In this document: positions 54,801-61,700 of the stretch, piece after piece
How the letters are laid out: each line of letters starts with the position of its first letter
Numbering within the stretch: the first letter of the stretch is position 1
Assembly: GCA_040954595.2 (NCBI GenBank)
Contig: CM082580.2
Span: 3,462,783-3,526,782 of the forward strand
DNA: 64,000 bases
Direction of reading: 5' to 3'
From: Balanoglossus misakiensis
Taxonomy: Eukaryota; Animalia; Hemichordata
The notes under the pieces: generated by a model
The model's database searches: none
What the model was told of the DNA's origin: nothing
What the model saw: the letters and a program-made list of their open reading frames with translations, nothing else
Made by a program: the position numbers and the translations under genes

Positions 54801-55717
54801 CTCAGGTAGACATTCTTCCTGGATTTCTAGAAAATAAACAGAAACTAGGAGTGAAAAACCGAACAATACTTAGAATTACACCACATTTTCCAATTTCATT
54901 ACTTTCCAGCAGTGTATAAACCCCAAAGGAAAACCATTATCCATGATTTGGAGTTTTTCAATTTTGCTTCTTCATGATTCTCTAAGACTTGTGGATTTTT
55001 GACAAACTCTCCAACAGAAGAACATCTAAAAGATATGGCAACACATTTCATTTATAAAGCATGTCAATCACAAACCTACAAATTCACCTACCTGGCATTT
55101 CACAATACATCATTTCCAAATCATCAATTGCTATATCACCATACACGCCAAAACTTCTGGCAGCAGAGAACATTATCTGTCAACAACAAATTTAAATGTA
55201 CTTTATATTATTATTATGTATACAGTCACTTCACCTGAATATTTCTGTAATCTTTCATATTTGAACAATGTCAATAAACATCTTTTGTAAATGACTATGT
55301 CGTTTATGTATGCGTTTCTTACCATGAATGGTGAGTTGATTCTACCAAGAAATACAAGACCCTGTCTCCATCCATCACCTTGGTTACCAGTCAGATGCCA
55401 GAAACGACTTTCAAGATTTACTCTAAGAACAAATACATCTAGGAATCCAATGTCTAATTCAAAAACAAGAAAAGCTCTGTGTGATTATACTTTGTGGGAA
55501 AAACTATGTACAAATAACACATACATCAAGCTAATTTTAGACAATTTTAGGGTGAGTTGAGTGAACAAGTTAACTTTGGTGTGATCATGTAGGCTGTGTG
55601 ATTGCATAGGCTCATATAATCGAGAAGATTCTGGGCTTCTCATCACTATGCATCATCACTCAAGATGACAGTACATTATGTATGATTTATTCTAGTGATG
55701 TGGCCATAACTCAAAAT

Positions 55718-55765
<48 letters not shown>

Positions 55766-58700
55766 TTCATCACCATCACCATCACCATCACCATCATCAT
55801 CATCATCATCATTATCACCACCATCATCATCATCATCATCTTCATCACCATCACCATCACCATCATCACATGCAAATCCATGCTTACCTTCTCCATACAT
55901 GTGATACCAAAACAGCATTTGACAATGAGGACCAGTCTCGTGTAGCACTCTACTTCTCAGTAAAGCTGTACTCAGTGTATTGCCTTCTTGGGCTTCAACA
56001 GCCATGTACCAACCTGTTAGCAGTTGATACAAAGTATGGTGGTGAAAGGGTTAATGACATCAACTTATAAAGGACACACTTCTGTTCCAAGAGTGTCAAT
56101 TGTTCTGATAATTGGCTTTTACGATGTCATGAATGACATAATAAAATGTGCGACTTGGCAGATTAATGAAAAAAACTCTATTCCAATATGTGATTTCTTT
56201 TTTCATTGTCTAAAAAGTTATAAATTGTACTTTTCCATTCAAGTTAAATGGGTGGTTGAAATCTACACGAGAGAGCAATATCATTTAATCCTATTGAGAT
56301 TTTTTTATAAATGCATCAACCGATATGTCAGGAAATGGTCCTTGGATAGCTATATTCGCTACATGAATGTCTCAGATTTTTAAACAGTTGTGTTTCAAAT
56401 CACTCACCATACTCGTTGCCCAGAGTGTGGTCATACTGAGGTCCCGTCTGTGATGTGTCTGTACCATTTCTGTCTCTCACCCACATATATGCACTGTCAC
56501 GACTTTCGTCTACGTAACCGCACTGATCTTCTTCAAAGTCACACTCACCTGAACATAAAAAATAGCAAGATTTAAGCCCTATTTTTTATACACACAAAAT
56601 GTGCATTTAGCTAATTAACACATTAGGCCTACTCTTGAATAAAATTACTGCTGCAGTGTTCCCACAATGAAATTTCATAAACAAAGCATAATCTCATCTG
56701 ACAGAACTCATGGAAGAAAATGTACTCTGCTGAGATAATACATTTTCCCTTTTCATGGCAATATTGCACTTTTTTAAAAATGTGGGAATTTTCGACTGCA
56801 CTGATATTTCTTTAATTTTTCTGCCATTTTGTAATAAATAAGTGTTATACAATATCATTTTATAGGCAGAAATAAAAGCATATCTGATATTATTTACAGC
56901 TTACGGAACTTTTTTTTCTAGTTGCAGCTCATTGGGGTTTTAACATCAAAATTCAAAAGTACACAAAAATGACACTTACCACAACCAATTTCATCAGAGC
57001 CATCTGGACAGTCTTCCACCCAGTTACAGACAAACTCAAAGTCTACCTCAGTGCCATCACCACATACGTGTGGTGGAGGTGTTGTGGGAGTTGGACACAC
57101 ACCAGATGCAGAAAAGGTATCGTCCAGTGCAATGTCAGCTTGACCTAGAACTCCTGAACCAACAGTTCCTTTCATTATGATCTGATCAAGGAAACACATT
57201 CAAAGGTTCAGATGTGTGTACGTACAGCACATGTAAATCACATTATTATACATCTGGCACCAAGAACAATAAAATTTGGCGTGCAATAAAAACAGCCGTA
57301 CGGAGTGGTACGTACGGAACGTGTGTTAAATATGCCTTAAGTTTCAAGGCGCCCAAACATATATGGGTATGCTGACGGTTTCAAGACACCCCCACTCCAA
57401 TGTAAACAGAAAAAAAAGAAAGATGACTGCTCACTACTGTATTTACTGTGTTTCAGCTGAGCGGTTAAGATCAATCGTACAGCGTTTTGAGAGCCAAGTA
57501 ATATGCAACACAAGAACTAACCGAGATGCAAGATGTATACATGTATTACGAAAATACCGCAAAGTATGCACTTGGCGATAGGTGCGATAATGTCCTTGTG
57601 CATACTTTGTGGTATTAACCTCATAATATAGGGTTTTGAACAAGAAAAGATGAGTCTGATACTTTGTCCTAGAGTGGTGTGGAAATGTCCCAAGACCTTA
57701 TACAAGTACATTGTATGCCATGAACTGCTTTATTTTGTGAAATGATTATGAAAACTGCAATTCTTGATTAATTATACTGGAAACAAACAAAAACTTACGA
57801 TAAAATATGTTTCAGAGGTGATGACTACTGATTGATGTCTCCACACGTCACCTTGGTTACCACTCATCTGCCATATTACATACTCAGGATTCTTCCCAGA
57901 TTCTCCTGTTCTTTCTTCACGTATAACCACCTTTAAAACAAATATCAAACAGACATGTAATTCACAATAATTAGTTTATATGAACACAAACAAGGCCTTT
58001 ATAAAATGCAAAAACTGTCAACCAATATCATTTGGTTCCATTACCAACAGAAAAAAAAAGTTTTAATCATGATGACAGACTTGTCAAAGCCTCTATACTG
58101 TAGCTGCCAATTTTTTTACGAAATTTCATCCCAGAATTTCTTATGACAAGTTCATTAAGTATGCAAATAATCAGACAATTGACATGCCACGCATGGTACA
58201 ATCATAATCTGTCTGTAGAAGGATAGGGTTGAATCAAATTTGGCAAAAGTAATAATGTGTCTATGTCAAAACTTTCACTGTGGTCTCTAAAGACAAATAT
58301 TACCAGAAAAATAAGTGATCCTAAGGAACTTATTATCATTTAGCTGAGACATCAAGACATTATGACTTACCTCCAAGGTTCCAGTGTTGGTTCCATACAT
58401 GTGATACCAGAAACTAAAGCAACGAGTACCAGGTTCATTGGACTCAGAATACAACATGGCAGTGTGGCCTTCCAAATCCCCCAAGGATGTGTCCAATAAC
58501 ATGTAGTAACCTGTTTGAACAGACAGGCAAGTCATGTAACTTGGGTCAATTGAATAACGCAATTAAAATGTCAACTGAGTTTGTCAGCTTAAATAAAACC
58601 AGTACAGAGCTCTCTTCAATCACATAGCATTATTTGTGAGTCAAAGATTATAATCCAATTCAAAGAACTGAAAACAGTGATTTGGGGACCACCAAGGGTT

Positions 58701-61700
58701 GGAATAATAAATGAAATGACCACAGTGATGAAATTCTGAGGACATGGACAAATTCGAAATCTGTACTTTGTGAATGTTTTTCTGATTACAGTGTCACTTA
58801 CCATCTTCTGTCCCCAGCGTATGATCTTTAGAAGGTCCACTCAGATCCAGTGTACCTGAACTGCCTCTGTATCGTATCCAATCCATGTTGTCTTCATAGG
58901 GTGAATTGGACCAGGTACACTTACCATACTCAAAGTTACACATTCCTAAAAGATTCAAAGTAAAAACATGTTGACGTGTGTCACAAATCTTTACCAGAGG
59001 AAACTGCAACGACCTTGATCTTGTTTGGCACTTGCAATACTTATCATGGGATTGATTGCATGATATACCGTACGAGGATGATTCAAAGATTTATGCCATC
59101 TGCAATAGTCCCAATGTTAGCCATATCAAACTCAAAGATTTTCATTTCTTTTTTTCTCTTGAGAAGATTTTACTTGCAACGGACACAACTCACCATCCCC
59201 AAGGCAGGGTCCATCAATAAGATTCACATCATCAATGGCAATGTCCGCTGTGCCGTCGGCCATGACAGCTTCAAAGACAACTTGATATTCAGACTCAGTG
59301 TTGAAGTCCAATGTCGCTGAATGCCAGAACTCCCCGGAGTGGCCACTGTCCGTCCATGCAGAATAATCATGTACATCTTTTTCCTTGATAATAGCAGTGA
59401 GTGTGCCAACACTTGTACCTGATGGTCAAAGCAATGGTATATGTAGAACCTTCAGTACATCTTGGGGAAAGGGTTAAACTGCTTTGGTAAGACAGCAGGC
59501 ACTGACAGGAAAAGAGTTTAAAAAAATATCAAACAAATGTTGGCTGTGACGCAGGATAAATGCAACTTGTATTCAAGTATCAAACAAGGTGGGGTGAACA
59601 ACAATGTACCCACACAACAACCCTAACATTAGCACTTTGACTACTTACCATTCATATGATACCAGAAATGCAGACACTGGGACACTGTTCGTGGATAAAA
59701 AGGACTCAACAATCTTGTGACATCTCCAGCAGTACGACCAGCTCCACTGGCGTACATATAGTGACCTACATGTATATTGGAAACAAAGATACTGTGTGTC
59801 AAGGAAGGCTCAACAGAATGATTTACAAACTCCACAAAATATGGACGACATTCAATATTAACAACCTGCAAGTTAGGTCACTTTATCTGCAGACTACAAA
59901 CACTTTTCATTGAGCTATACTTCAGTTGTAATATTTCATGAAATGGGTGAGCAAATACAGTATTCTCCCATCAGTCTTTCAAATAAGAAAATTATAAGAC
60001 TAAGAATTCTTTCAAATTGCTGCAAGATACAAATTATGTTACACAAAAACACACCATCCTACGCATTCAAAGAAATGCCAACAAACTATTAGTTTACCAT
60101 AGGCAGTGCCATAGGTTTTGTCATATTCCGGACCAGTTCCTGATCCATGCTGGGAAGACTCTCCACTTCCACGTATCCAGTCAAAATCCTGGGTGTCTTC
60201 AGAATCCTGGTAGTAGCCACATATGTCAGTATGTTCAAAATCACAGTAGTCTGCCACAACAAAGAAAATAAGTGTACATTATTAATTCAAGGGTTTCATT
60301 GGAAAATTCACAATGAGTTCAGAATCCACTGCTACTAATCTGAAAGTTAAGATACTTTGAGTAATACTGAAGTACAGAAAATAAAAAAATCACAAACTTA
60401 AGATTATATAAGAACGCATACAGAACTCAAAGGCACAACGGTCTATATCTGCATCTGATCGATTCACCATCTAAGGGAAAATGTAGCCAAAGACCAGACA
60501 AAGGTATTTTGCTTTTTGAAAGAAAAAAATATTTTAATAGTCACATTGCAACAGGTAAATGCTGAAGTGTCAAATTTTATTGGCCACTTGTTAATCCAAA
60601 TAGCCCCCAGGCATCATTTATGGTCATAGGTGTACATCTGAACAATTTGATCAGCATAATAGTGAGTTCTCCCTTTAGGCTTTATCAAAATCAACTGCAC
60701 AGAAAAGATGATGGCGACATTATCACAGCAGTGGCTTAATTCAGATGCATTAATGCACAGAGGATCAACCCACAATCATTACACAAACCTACAGATCAGC
60801 ACAGTCTCTGAATGATACATTTAACCAGGTATGACTAAGTTACAATATCAAAAATTACAACTTTTTATTATCATCAATTCCACTTACCAAGAGGTGGACA
60901 TTCTCCGTCTAATACTCTGATGTCATCAATAGCAACATCCCCTTGGAACTGCTCTCCAGAAATGGCTTGGAATACCAGATTGATATCATCATTCTCATCG
61001 ATATGAACTTGACCATAAAGCCATTCATCACCGTGTGTTCCTTCCTTTATCCAGACGGGATCACCTGCATGAGAAGATGTACAATGATGTCATTTCTATC
61101 AAAACAGTAATATTGATGATAGATCATTTAGTTGGTAATTCTTCAAGATTGAAATAGCATGCCTATCTAATGCAAGATGTGAGGTAGAGTAGTATGCATT
61201 TATGTAACGTGTATTGATCACTATTGTTTCATTATTAAACTTTGATTAAGACTAATTATAAATCAAACTGTAGAAAGTTAATTTGCATTGCCACCTAACA
61301 ACTACGGACAATTTTATGCAGTTGACACAAGATTTAATTGGGTGAATACAGTGATCATCGACCCAAAATGTTGCAACTTGAATTGACTAGTACAAGTCAC
61401 TTACTGAGAGAATTTAGTACACCACTTCTGAAGCGAACGGATAGTGTGTGAACATGCTGACCAAACATGTGATACCAGAATGTAACACATCGTCCACCGG
61501 TTAGAGAAGGTACGGTTGAACTTTGGAGATTTGATGTCAAGTTGTTGCGCACAGCCAGTGAATCTACATAGGCGTACCAACCTGTCATTGAAAATATAAG
61601 AAACACTTGAAAGTATGTATTTTATCCATTATGCGTTCCAATCAAGGGGCGTATACATGTAAACTATGTACCAGTATTCTCAAAACATCCTAAGGCAATA

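Noticed and set aside
55676-55887. poly-Asp extension of a MAM exon ORF
   Set aside because: It lies past the GTAAG donor at 55887 and is microsatellite.
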